This document shows, in pieces, positions 1 through 11,322 of a stretch of DNA of 64,000 nt. How positions within the stretch are numbered: position 1 is the stretch's first letter; each line of letters begins with the position of its first letter. A model generated the notes under the pieces. The model ran no database searches. It saw only the letters and a program-made list of their open reading frames with translations, and was not told the origin of the DNA. The stretch comes from Klebsormidium nitens (taxonomy: Eukaryota; Plantae; Klebsormidiophyceae). The stretch covers positions 93,882 to 157,881 of the forward strand of contig DF237131.1 in the NCBI GenBank assembly GCA_000708835.1. The letters are read 5' to 3'. The translations under genes were made by a program, and so were the position numbers.

Positions 1-1579
1 CAAAATGCCCGCTTCTAGTTGGGGTTGGGGCTGATTCGTCTGGACTCGAGTCCGACTCCTCCACAACCGCACTGGTTTCCAGCTCTAGTTGTGCGCCACC
101 AGGACTCTCGACCTCAGAAAGCTCTTCCTCCTCAATTTCTTCCACTTCTAGTTCTTTTCTCTTCATCGCACTGGGCCGGGGTACAGCTGTGACTGTAACG
201 TAAGTTTCTCCCCCATCTGCTTCTTCAGAAACATCTACCACCTCCATCGAACCGAACGCTTCACTTCGAACCGTTCCCCAATCTTGGACGCTGCTATATG
301 TGACGCTGCTCGCCGCCGTTCCGCTTCCGCTCCTTCCGGCCGTTCCGTTTTGTTCTGCTGGGCGGGACGAAGGACTCCGGTCTCCAAAGCGCGCACTCTT
401 GGCATCGAAGCTCCGGATCATGTCAGGGGAGTCGACCGTTTCTAATGGAGGCACCGGAACGCTCTGTGGGCTCTCCAGAGGCGTTTGATCTATACTTTCT
501 CGGTTCGGGGGGGTGCCTTTGCTGGCGACTTGGAGGGGGGTCTCGGCATCTGCATGCTGAGTCCGTTCGCTTTCCATCCCCCCCTCTTCACCCAGGCTGA
601 AGTCCTCCTCAAAGGACTCTTCGTAGGCTTCGAAGTCCTCCGACTCGTATGACGCGCTAACACAAAGGTTCGCACCAGTCGCCGCATCCCGACCCTTTCC
701 AGCTTCAGTGGCAGCATGCCTCTCGAAGTGGGGTTTCTCGACCACCGAAAGTTCTGTCCCAAGGAGTCTGTCTGGCTCGACGATCTCTTGCACAACCGTG
801 AAGTCTGCGTCTTCATTTAAGCCCCGAACTTCTGCCACATGTCCAGCACCCCTTTTTTTGCCTACGTCTCCGATCTCCCTACGATCCAGATCTCTCCCCG
901 CCTCACTCCGGCTCCTCTCCCCTTCTTTCCCTCCCCCATCTCCTTTCTCTTGGCCGCCAAGTTCGTCTTCATTCACCCCCGCTGACTGACTGCCATCTTT
1001 CAGGCTGTCTTCTGCTCCGTTTTCTCCGCCTCCCGTTTTCCCCGCTTCTGCACCTGTCTCCACCTCCACCTCCCCTCTCGACTTTCTCCCCCCTCTAGTT
1101 TCCTCGACCGGAAGCGCCGCCCCGTCGTCTGTTCTAATCACCAGCTGTTGCGCCCGCTGCCAATTCCGCCTCCGTCGGTGCTCGTCCTCGGTACCCCCCC
1201 CATGCCCAGAGCTTCTTCTACCCCCCCCCTGCACCTGCCTTTTCAGCTGCGCTTTTACCCGCTCCTCATTGGCCCCACTTAGCTGCAGATTAAACCCCTG
1301 TTCCCGTTCCCGGAACCCCCCGTGCGAAACGCGCTTCTCGGACGTTCTTCTGGAGTCCAGATGGGACTCGGCACTCGTCCGGCGGTCCGGAAAGAGCGCC
1401 TCTGCTTTTGAGCTACCGGCAGAGTGGGTGGTCCGGTGGGGGGCATAGTCGAGATGGTGTGAATGGGGCCAGGGGTCTCTCTCAGGAGTTTTCACACCAG
1501 CGGCGGCAAGCTCTGCCAGCGTGACTCTCTCGTTGCCTAACGCCCACTGCCGGCGCTGCCTCGGAGGGGGCGGTTCCAT
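1..1579 (-). CDS. 5' part of a large Glu/Gly/Ser-rich, probably disordered protein; stop-free frame runs off the left edge of the window
   Basis: Manual translation from ATG at 1579 (MEPPPPRQRRQWALGNERVTLAEL...) has no stop down to position 1, >520 codons. It is preceded by acceptor tgcag (exon starts 1584) and a probable 5'UTR intron with donor GTAAGG at 2642. Absent from the ORF track, presumably because it has no stop in the window. Confidence 0.75.
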   Translation of the reverse strand, partial: MEPPPPRQRRQWALGNERVTLAELAAAGVKTPERDPWPHSHHLDYAPHRTTHSAGSSKAEALFPDRRTSAESHLDSRRTSEKRVSHGGFREREQGFNLQLSGANEERVKAQLKRQVQGGGRRSSGHGGGTEDEHRRRRNWQRAQQLVIRTDDGAALPVEETRGGRKSRGEVEVETGAEAGKTGGGENGAEDSLKDGSQSAGVNEDELGGQEKGDGGGKEGERSRSEAGRDLDRREIGDVGKKRGAGHVAEVRGLNEDADFTVVQEIVEPDRLLGTELSVVEKPHFERHAATEAGKGRDAATGANLCVSASYESEDFEAYEESFEEDFSLGEEGGMESERTQHADAETPLQVASKGTPPNRESIDQTPLESPQSVPVPPLETVDSPDMIRSFDAKSARFGDRSPSSRPAEQNGTAGRSGSGTAASSVTYSSVQDWGTVRSEAFGSMEVVDVSEEADGGETYVTVTAVPRPSAMKRKELEVEEIEEEELSEVESPGGAQLELETSAVVEESDSSPDESAPTPTRSGHF

Positions 1580-3066
1580 ATTACCTGCATTCAAATTGTC
1601 TTCTTCTCCTCTGCCTGTTATCTGATTTTGATAACCTGATTATGCACTGGAGGCACAGGAAGTTTGTGATGTTGTCATTCTGAAGCAATGAGGATTTGAC
1701 CCAAGACTTCCAAAAGTCTTAGTGAGCTTGGTGCCTGTATTTGCATCACACGTGCTTCAGATTACCAGACGGAAAGAGCCAAGAACTGGGGTAAGCTGCT
1801 GCTTCAACAGCAGCATTGAAAGTTTCATCGAAAGCTGAACTCAAACAATGTTCAACACCTCAACTGCTTTTTGCATCTTCCTGTAAGGCAGCTTAAATCC
1901 TTGGCTGGTAATCTGCAGGCTTCGCTACATGTAGAAGATGTAGCTGACTTTTATTTTCAAAGTGTTGAGCGGTGCAGTCTGCTTTACCCAGCTCAGTTGG
2001 GCTGCCCAGCTCACGCAGGCAGTGTCTATCCACATAAGAGACAAAGAGGTCTTCTTGCTACAAAGAGATGGCTTGCCTTCCATTTACTCAAAACTCGAAA
2101 TCTGAGCTGTCTTCATGTCGACGTCAGCTCAAGGTTTGAGCCAAAAGCATGCCTTTAGAATTCCGCCAAGCCAAGCAACTCCGCACCGCAGAAGGGACAT
2201 TCCAGCATTATTGTTCCGTAAATGAGCAGATTTGATGCAGATGGTAAATGATGGATCCATTCAACGCTCGGCGGCTTACCTGCCAGTCCTGAGCTGCTTT
2301 CAAGTCAGCACCGAGCTTTTTATCCTGATTTGCATGACAGCTGCTAAGTCGTTGAAATCCTTCAAAACCATGTCAGGTAAATGTGATTGTTCGACCACCA
2401 GCTCCTTCTCGACAAGACGGCAAGATATAGCGTCTAGGGGCGCGGGAAAACCTAAGCTTTTTGTATTCTTGTATTAGCCTGGCAGCAGACAGCAACTTTC
2501 AAGAGTCTTCAATTGCATGAAGTTGGTTCTCCCAGCCTGCCCTACCCAGAGGTTTTCATGTGGTTGCCTCCCTTATTGACATGACATGTTCCAAAATCGG
2601 TAAGGCATTTTTATTCGTGATCCTATTGGCCGAAACCCTTACCGGGTTGACCGCGTTGACCGAGATCGAAACTTGAGCGACTAACCCCCTACTAACCCCA
2701 GCAGATTTCCTACTTCGAAAACGAGAAAGCCTTAACCCCATACTCAAAAACCCTTCGCAAAATTTCCAAGGGGGAGGACATTCTAGTACTCGATCTTACG
2801 CCGGCTGACTCGCAGATAATTTTTAAGTTCACATCGGACGTGTACATTGTTTCCCATTCCATCCTGGCCGTCGACACTAGATATCGACGGTATGCATGGA
2901 GCTCCAAGTGAGAGCGCGCGCGACCATTCAATCACTCGAGCTCGCGTACTGAGAATTGGAGGTGTTTCAATCTTGCCAGATAATACTATATAGTGTCAGA
3001 TGGAAACATATGGTGTACTTATGTAAGTAAGTAGTAGGCCCATAAATCCTTACATGTAAACCGTAG

Positions 3067-3150
3067 CAGTCAGTACGCACGCTTCTGGGGCTTTGACACC
3101 ACCAGAAAAGGTTGGTGGTGTCAAAGCCCCAGAAGCGTGCGTACTGACTG
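3067..3150. repeat. Perfect 38-bp inverted repeat with 8-nt loop (hairpin; MITE-like or miRNA-like)
   Basis: cagtcagtacgcacgcttctggggctttgacaccacca (3067-3104), loop gaaaaggt, exact reverse complement at 3113-3150. Confidence 0.95.
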
Positions 3151-3310
3151 GACTGAGCATGACCGGGGTACGCGAGTTCGAGACAATCGTTTTTTTCCTA
3201 GGTATTAGCTCAGAGTGTTCGCTGCAGATTCGAGAAAAGCAATTCCCGGTTCTCGATTCCTCAAGAGCGCTTTGCAGCTCCCTCACTCAGCGCACAATCT
3301 CTTTTTGAGA

Positions 3311-4871
3311 ATGGCTTCATGTTCCAGCAATGGCAGCGCCATGGTTGGCTGCGCCTGCGGGTGTTCTGGGTGCCAGCCCCACCTGGTCAGCGAGTGGACA
3401 CCAGAGGAGAAAGCAATCTTCTCCAGCCTGACTTCCATTCCGAAGATCCAGGACTTTGTGGACGCTCTGAAGTATGAAGCGAAGCCAGACGGTGCATGGT
3501 CGCCCAGAATGACCATTCGATGGGGCCATGGCCACTGCTTCGGAGGGTCCCTGTTTGCTGCAGCTGCGTTGCGCAACCTGGGTGAGTTTGCTTTAAGAAG
3601 TGGTCAGTCTCAAATCAAAGCCTGTTTTGTAGAATGATCCTTGCTCGACGCAGCTAGAGTTCTTCCCCACCTCCACGGCAGATTTGCTTGACTTCTTGCA
3701 ACTGCTGGTGCTGGTCTCCTTTATAGACCTTGATAGAGGTTTCAATAAGTGCAGCTTGCTTCGTGTTATAGAAGCTACAATGAGGTCTCAACCAGTGAGA
3801 GAGCATCTTGCCAACAGAACTCTTGACTTTTACTTGATTCGTGCCAAGCATTTGAAGGACTTGCGAATCAGGATGAATCCGGTGATCGTACCTACAACAA
3901 GTTCAGCTTAGATTGCCCTCTTAACTTTGTAAGCAAATGCATTCATCCAGATCCGCATACAATGCTGACGCTTTTGGGGGCCTTCTGCAGGCCACCGGCC
4001 ATACATGGTCCACATTTCCACAGACCCTGAGGTCGATGACGACCACGTGATCTGTGCCTATCAGATCGACGGCTACTGGGGCGCCATTGCAAAGTCCAAC
4101 TACTCCACGTTGCGAGGCAGGGATCCGGTCTACCAGTCAATCAGGGAGCTCGCCATGAGCTACTTCGACTTTTACTTCAGCTCTGCAAAGGTCAAGTCGA
4201 TGACTGGGTACTCTGATCCAGTGGCGTTGGAGCAGTTTGATGAGAGGGGCCCAGGAAAACAGGGCTGGATGTATGCGGAGGACAACATGGAGGATCTGGA
4301 TCGGGTGTTATGTTACGAGGTAAATCTCGCATCCTCGTTTTTCTTGCACAAGGCTTTAGGTACCCGTTGAGTTCCTTTTTCTAAGGACATCTGGGGGCAG
4401 CCCGTTCGTCTTGAAAAGACAGATTGCAGATGCAGTGAGACACAAAGACCTATATTTCTGGGCTCCGGGCCTTCTGGACCACATCAAGACTAAGTGAGAA
4501 CGAATTACTGTGGTTCTGTCAGACAATCTGCATCATCCTTTCAGGTGTGACGGCAAATGCCTCCGTATCGACGTATCTACTTGCTCGCATGTGACATTCT
4601 CTTCCATCACTCAGTCCTTAGGATGAACATCCTGCCTGAACGACCATACGTAAGCTGGTCGCTGCTTAAGGGCGGAGTTTTTAAAGACTTACAAGAATTG
4701 TAACAGGTTTGTATTCACCCTGCGTCGTGATGCTTGCAGGCCCCCCACTACAACGTGGTGACATCAAAGATGGCACCTCACCTGAGCCCTGCTACCAAGC
4801 AACTTCTCGAGGCGTCGACTCTTTTCACCAACTGGGACGGGCTTTTCAAGCCAAAAGAATCCCAGACGTAG
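3311..4871 (+). CDS. Transglutaminase-like (papain-fold Cys/His) protein resembling a bacterial conserved-hypothetical family; 3 exons: 3311-3581, 3991-4319, 4740-4871
   Basis: GT-AG introns join in frame (phase 1, phase 0). Motifs KIQDFVDAL, SPR, HCFGGSLFAAAAL, DDDHVI, YWGAIAKSN, RDPVYQSIRELAMSYF match my recollection of a bacterial transglutaminase-like family. The CDS is well supported; the product call is recognition-based. Confidence 0.75.
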
Positions 4872-6276
4872 AGCTACCCGCAAGAGCATGACACAAAGTG
4901 TGCGATTTATATTTTGTTTGGAGGCGAACTCCTTCAAAGGTACAGAGAGGCAGAAGAAGCTTGCACATTTGACCGATCTGCCCGATCCTCCGTTAAGATG
5001 TGGTCGAATGATTGATCAGACACAAAGTGGAAGCTTCAGCTGGTTGGATCAATTGTCAGGGTAGCCTTCTGAACGATGAAAACAAATGCCTCGCTCAATT
5101 AGTTACTCGGAAAAACCAGAGCATTAGCCGCTAGCTGCCGTAGATCTAGTTAACGTGTTGACTGATCGAGTTGAACGAGTTGCTTCGCTGTATTGAAGCC
5201 GGATTAGGTACATCCGTGTCCACTACTTTGCTACTTTGATCATCCCGCGAGTGAGCCCGCAACAGCATCCACTGACAAGGCACTGAAAAGCTGAAAAGTC
5301 GTTTTTTGATGGCCTCTTGGATCTCCGAGTGTACAAATATACAGCGTTGGGGCTCCTCGAGGTCCGATACCACATGCTATCTAGGTACCACCCCGCCGCG
5401 CATATGTTTCGTGAATGCTAACCTCATGATATAAGAGATCTCTTATATGCCGCTTGATCGGACACATTCTTTGCATTGCATGAGTTTTGTCGGTATGACT
5501 TTTTTTTGGGCTGAGCTTAACGTTTCCGCTTGAAGTATGCACGCTTCACAGCAGCAGCAATGTGTGCATCTGCAACGTATACAAGTTGCGCGTAACCGAA
5601 CAGGTGACAGTTGCTCGTTTATTTTGGAGTATGTACGGTCACTGCCTATATCAATGCGGCACTAAACTGCGGCTGTCACATGCTCTGCCCCATACCGCAT
5701 ACACCGATTGCGCGCCGGAGCTAAAATACAAGCTGCGGCTCAGGTGATCATAATGATACCAAGTGACGAATATAATGTGCCGGGCCCATGTCGCTGGCAG
5801 TCGGCCCGGGCTTGGCCCGCCGGTTGCTAGCTTGAAGCAAGATAAACAACCAAGCCGGATGATCGGCTTGAGCCAGATCGTTGAAATTACTGCTGTCAAT
5901 TTCCATGCAAATAGATGAGAACTAGGCTAGGTGCTCACGTCTTCAAGCATGATAGCCCCATGACGGTCACTTGCTGGTGGAGCTTGAAATTTGGCACTGT
6001 GGCGCACATCTGACGCGATCACTCCTTTTGAATTAATAAAGCAATGAAATAAATCACGAGTCCACAATTGCAGTCTGCACCATGCATATCTTGCGGACAC
6101 TTATCATTGACGAAATAGGGCAGTCTACACAGTCTACTCCCGTGCACGAAACTGATCGCTCAAAGAGCCACTCTTCTCCAGACAGCTCTCAATTCAAGCT
6201 GGCCTTCACTGAATAGCAAAACAGTGGAGACGTATACATAATGAAGCAATTGCTTAATGCTTGATTTGACTTCAAT

Positions 6277-9200
6277 TCATCCATTGCAATTGTCAATCTG
6301 TAGCTCGTCCAGTATAATACTTTGACCTGTGTAAGGGAGTTCGCTCAAGAAGTCATTGTCACGATTCTCTCCCGTTGCCGCAGGTATCCGACCTAACAAT
6401 AATCTCTCAACATCTTCTGCGGAGTCCCAAACGTGTACCGTCGCTTCGCTCTTATACCCACTCTCGACATTCTGTAGTCGCTTCAGAAGAGGAAAACTGC
6501 AGAATCGACGTCGCATCAGACCAAGCGAACCGCGAAGTGGGTTTCTCTAAGAAGACTATAGTCGCCGTTAAGTGGCAAAATGTCACGCTCTGCTTCTGGA
6601 AAGCGTCACGCTCTGCTTTGAGTAAACCGACAGATCTCTTTCTCAGGACGAAAACCCAACCTAAACCAGGCTCTATGTCAGACACAGCACGTTGAAGACA
6701 GGCTTTGTCTCGCAAATGTCAAGAAGCACTAGGATTTGAATCATGTTGTCTCAATATCAACGGGCTCGAACTTTGTTTCCCGTGCGTGCCACCCGCAGGG
6801 GAAACACTCCTTGGAGCCAGCTGTCCGTCGAAACGCACAGGCTACACGGGAACCAATGCTTACTTCCTCCGGAAAACCGTGTCAATCTCTTCCAATCAGA
6901 CTGACCCCCCACCATAACATGTTTGACGTATCCTTACGCAAGGTTCACATGGAGACGTTTCAAGCGGACTTGGGTGGCTACGCGAAAGCGAAAGCCAAGA
7001 CCTTTCCTACTCGACCCTTTGATTCCCACCTTTCAGAAATCTGTGATTTTGAGAAAGGGTAAGCTTCAAGAAGGACTTACCCCGCCCTCGCTAGGACATG
7101 GTCTCCCCGTCGGAGCCTCAGACTGGGGCAGTAGTCGCCGCCCCCAACCCCCAGGTAGATGACGTGGAGCCCGTCTGGCCGGGGGTCACCCACGAGCTTG
7201 TCGAGAATCAGTCCCTGCAAGGGAAACAATCTAGTCAGCTGTTTGGAACTGCGTGGGAGATCAGTGAGGTCAATCTCGGGCGACATACCGCTGTTTGCGT
7301 CAAATCTGCCATCGGGTTCCAAATGCTCTAACCATGGTTCCTGATCTTGAACCGCTCGATCGATGCCAAGGAGGGCATCGGACGGCTCAGAATCAGGAAC
7401 CAGCCTCAAAAGTCTTACTGCGCGGAGATGTACGCAGATTCTCCCGCCTTATGCCACTAACGAAGCCGAGACAACGGAAGGAAGAAGCAGTAGGAGCCCC
7501 GAGGGAGAGCCGACTGTTGATTGGAACACGTCCAGCAGGTCACGGGCTCTATACCAACGTAGGACGGCAGGACGACACCAGTTGCGAAACAATATGCGAT
7601 AGCTGGCGCCAAATGATACTTATTCCTAAGACGAAACGATCCAAGCAGTGAATTGGTACGGAGCCGCCACTTGCGAAACAACGTGCAACAGCTGGTTCTA
7701 AAACTCATGTTTCGCAAAGACGAAATGAATCAAGTAAAAAGAATCAGTTGAAAGGCGCCAGTTGCGGAACAATCGCAGAAGCTGGCTCCCAATGGATATC
7801 TGCTTTTAAGACGATATGATCCAAGCATGGAATTACTACGGAGGCGCGCCAGTACCTTGCACATGTTTGGCGGGCATAGGGGGCAGCCGTGGGGTGGCAG
7901 CCCTAGGGAGTGGAACGGAAAAACGCGAAGCGCACCCGAGGAGTCGATCTCCGCCGGGTTTGTGTGTACGGAACTGAAGCAGTCCGTTAGGTCGTGGGCG
8001 GCAAGAATGGTGGCGATGAAGTGGGAGTTGGCGTCGCTGACAATGTGCAGAGAGCACCTGAAGGCGAGTACGGACAAGGCAAATCAGGACCTTGCGAAAC
8101 CGCAACTCAATTGATTTTTGAAAAAAGTTGCCGCCAATTTGGGCTGGGAACGGAACGGAGAGATAAAATGGAAGCTGTCATCGTTTCCAGGGTTCTGTTT
8201 ACTTTGAAGAGAAGAGGGAGCGGTTACGTGCTAGAGTGACAGATTACACAATGTTGTGCATGGTTGCACGATATGTTGAGGACGAGTTAAGTTCCGTGTT
8301 GGATTTCAAGACGTCTGGCGATGAGGATGAAGAAGGACCTGGCGTCGCTCACAATGGTGTGGCGAACAGCGACTTACAAGAAAGACAACAAGCTTCGATG
8401 CAAGACGAAACTGATGGTTGCAGGGGTGGGGAAAAACGTCGGAGTTGGCCTCGGCATTCTTTTGGATAAAGATGAAAAAGACAAGTGCAGCCAAGAAGGC
8501 TGCTGGAATGTGTGACCTCATCAGGGTTTCTACGTCAGCAAATTCCCTGTCCGCGAATTCAATGAATTGCAAGTTCGATACAGTGTTTAAACTTGGTTAA
8601 GCATGGCCAATTTGGTTACACCACATATCAGACCGAAAGCACACCAAGTGCCAGATTGACTTTATTGAAAGGACAGACAAGTTCAGAACGCACTTCACCA
8701 TCTTGAAAGACAGCTGGTGCACTACGGCGATTGGGATCGTACACAGGGCAAACTCTGGGTCGTTTGACGGCGTCCTACCGGAGCTTCTCCCTCCCTACGA
8801 CCGGAGCTCACTCATAAGAAATCCAACTTTCCTGTTGATCATTGACGTGATCGTACCACTTTACTTTGCCGTCTTTGTCGTGACAGGAAACATCGGGTTA
8901 CAAGAAGCTCACAAAGAAATGGTAATCAGAGCCACGAGAAAGCATGTTATAATTTTCCTCACCCCAATGCTGCCGTGCCTCGGATGGCCCTATCCATTGC
9001 TTTATGGAGGGGGATTCGGGGGAGGCAAGCATCAATCTCAGGCAAAGTCCGCCCCCTCAGGTGTAGCTCGTGCATCATGCGATCCTGGACAACCAATGAG
9101 AGGCGCTAAACCCAACCAGATTGACTACTGTTGATTTCAGGTTTCCTGACAATGACCAAAGGTCTGGGTGAGCTCGTGCATAACCTGTTCAGGAGCCCTT

Positions 9201-9928
9201 TGCCAATTCCTGGATAGGATTCAAAGGTCTTTTGGAATGCACGTAATCACAATCTATAATCCTTTCTTGAAGCTCCTGAAGAAAGAAAGGAGAGCGAGTG
9301 CCTTCTGTGTTCGAACGTGATGACAAATCTGGTAACTTTGCATCTTCTGACATATAGTTGTGTCGAAGTCCTGGCAATTGCCTCCATACTCAGTCAACAC
9401 GTAATTTCACTTGAACAGTGGGAGCAGAGAACCCAGAATGATACCTGCTCAATGCAATTGGCCAATCTGCAGATCTTCTAGCCCTCTCTGAAATCAAGAC
9501 TCACATGTGGAGTCTCTCCACAATCGAAAAGACATACCCAAAATCAAGGGGAAAAAAAGAGGGAGGGACCTTGCACCCCGCAAAGCCCCTTTGATGTGCT
9601 GGTGGTAAGCTATTTCGAAGCCTGCCAGCTGTTCCTGGTGCGCATTTGACCAAGTTCGCTCAACCACTACATATGAACTGTTGGCACACAACCAGGCCTG
9701 GGTCAACTTCTGGTTAGGAGATGACCAGGCTCGGTTAAACTCTTTGATCAACAGCTAGCGAATCCCTGTGTTGCTCACCATAAGCTGTGTCCAGGGGAGC
9801 TCCTTTCTGAGGCTCAGCATGAGGTCGCCCGCTCCCAGCTGCTCCACTACATAGGTGTCGCTGTTGTCATCGATCAGCGTCCAATCAAAATCGAAGATGA
9901 CCAGAAACTTCGCCGCCAATGAAGTCAT
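6277..9928 (-). CDS. HAD-superfamily phosphatase, PHOSPHO1/PPsPase/thiamine-phosphate-phosphatase type; exons 9928-9779, 9084-8963, 8057-7856, 7214-7081, 6496-6277
   Basis: HAD motif I DFDWT in exon 1; DRMMHELH; IVSDANSHFI; HTNPA; HGCPLCPPNMCKG; IYLGVGGGDYCPSLRL; RAGFPL. All five exons join in frame via GT-AG introns. Confidence 0.9.
7578..7848. repeat. Three degenerate ~90-bp tandem units in the phosphatase intron, abutting the exon-3 donor
   Basis: Units start cca(g/c)ttgcg(a/g)aacaa at 7578, 7667 and 7758, and share agctgg, aagacga and (g/a)atc(c)aag. A fourth unit start (ccagtac, 7849) coincides with the splice donor. Confidence 0.8.
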
Positions 9929-10292
9929 GGTACGCCCGTCAAATTGACAAATAAGATAGCAGCTCTACATGTGTGCAAGTGACAAGTCAGACAGTCTACA
10001 TATCCTTCCCTTGAGAAACTCAATTTCGAACTCCAAATCTCCTCCCACATACTGCCGGAATTGCGAAGCACACCACAGAGAAATCTCTCAAAGCTTTCAT
10101 GAATGCTGGCCCAACTCGATACTATTTTCGAGGAGGCAAGCTTGATTTCCCAGGCTGCGGCCTTTGGCTTAGCAATCTGTGCACTTCAGACCACCATGAG
10201 CTGCGCCTGTCCGACTGTCGCCAGCTTGATCATCATGCATCCGCTGCATGAGCTGCGACCTGGGCCATTCATCATCACATGAGCAAGCACTG

Positions 10293-10795
10293 AACTTAAA
10301 GTGGGCGTCGGGGTATAAAACCCCTATTTTCCAGGCAGAATTGGGAATCGGCCGCGTTGCCGTAGCTCAGGTGTCCGCCTAAACCTGGCGTCAAAGTCCG
10401 AGGTCCTGGGTTCAAATCATAGAACTTGTACTTTGCCTCTTCATTTTTTGTCACATCTGGTTATTACGGCAGGCTTTTGGGGCCATACCGGGTACCTGAT
10501 CTAACCCGAGACATGCCATCTGACGATCAGAGATTGACCATCAAGAATTCGGGCTGATCGAACGGCGGAACTTATGTCTAACGCGAGTCTACCGGGCAAG
10601 TACGCCTTGACGTCATGCAACTTCGGCGGTACCTCTAAGCCTAAAAGTACCGTACCAATGCACCGCGGTACGCTGACGGAAATCTGATGTCACTAGCAAT
10701 CGCTACCGTTCGATCGATGGCGCACCGATCGAGCCGATGGAATCCTCAGCGTCCGATCAAAATGGGACCCGCGGGTCCCACGCCCACTTTAAGTT
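10293..10795. mobile_element. Non-autonomous TIR element (MITE-like, ~500 bp)
   Basis: Perfect 16-bp terminal inverted repeat aacttaaagtgggcgt (10293-10308) / acgcccactttaagtt (10780-10795), containing TTAA/TA that could be the target duplication. No ORF inside. Perfect 18-bp palindrome tgggacccgcgggtccca at 10763-10780. Confidence 0.7.
10362..10423 (+). other. tRNA-derived Pol III cassette (A box, B box, degenerate T arm) inside the TIR element
   Basis: A-box-like TAGCTCAGGTG at 10363; tRNA-like GAGGTC-CTGGG-TTCAAAT-CATAG (T-loop TTCAAAT, 4 of 5 stem pairs). No complete cloverleaf is visible. Confidence 0.6.
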
Positions 10796-11322
10796 TAAGC
10801 CTCAGCCTGCACCCGTGAGTCTTCCTTTCCGATTTTGTCTTTGTAAGCCGTCCGTCATAGAATCGGACGATAGAACATGCTCAGAAATATTGCTTCAAAT
10901 TTGAAACTCCAGACTAGTTCGCATGAAACGCTAGGGGCACGACTGTTTCTGATGTCACAAATCTGCACAGAGGGATCAGCAACACAGGAGCGCGCTAGGT
11001 TTCTGTGGAGGAGAAGGGTTTGAACGTCAAGCTGTCACCATCACCGGCGTTCTTTCCGGGCGCCCTCAACGCTCCTCCGCATGCCGAGTCTCGAGAGGTT
11101 CTTTGCTCTTTCATTCTAGCCACTTCATAGAGCTTGGAGCTTTCAGTTTCTCGCCGCTTCCCTTTTCGAAGAAGTTATAAGGCTCATGCCGTTGCCGATT
11201 CGAAGGGTTGGTTGTTGAATAGGTCACGTTTGAAACAAGGTCTGCAATACCTGGAGCCTTTCTACTTTGAACCACGCCCGCAGACTCGTTGCTTGGTCTG
11301 AGCGTTCCCGCTTCAAGTAGAC

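Noticed and set aside
10340-10430. Functional tRNA gene
   Set aside because: A/B boxes and a T-arm remnant are present, but no acceptor, D or anticodon stems can be formed. Reported as a tRNA-derived cassette only.
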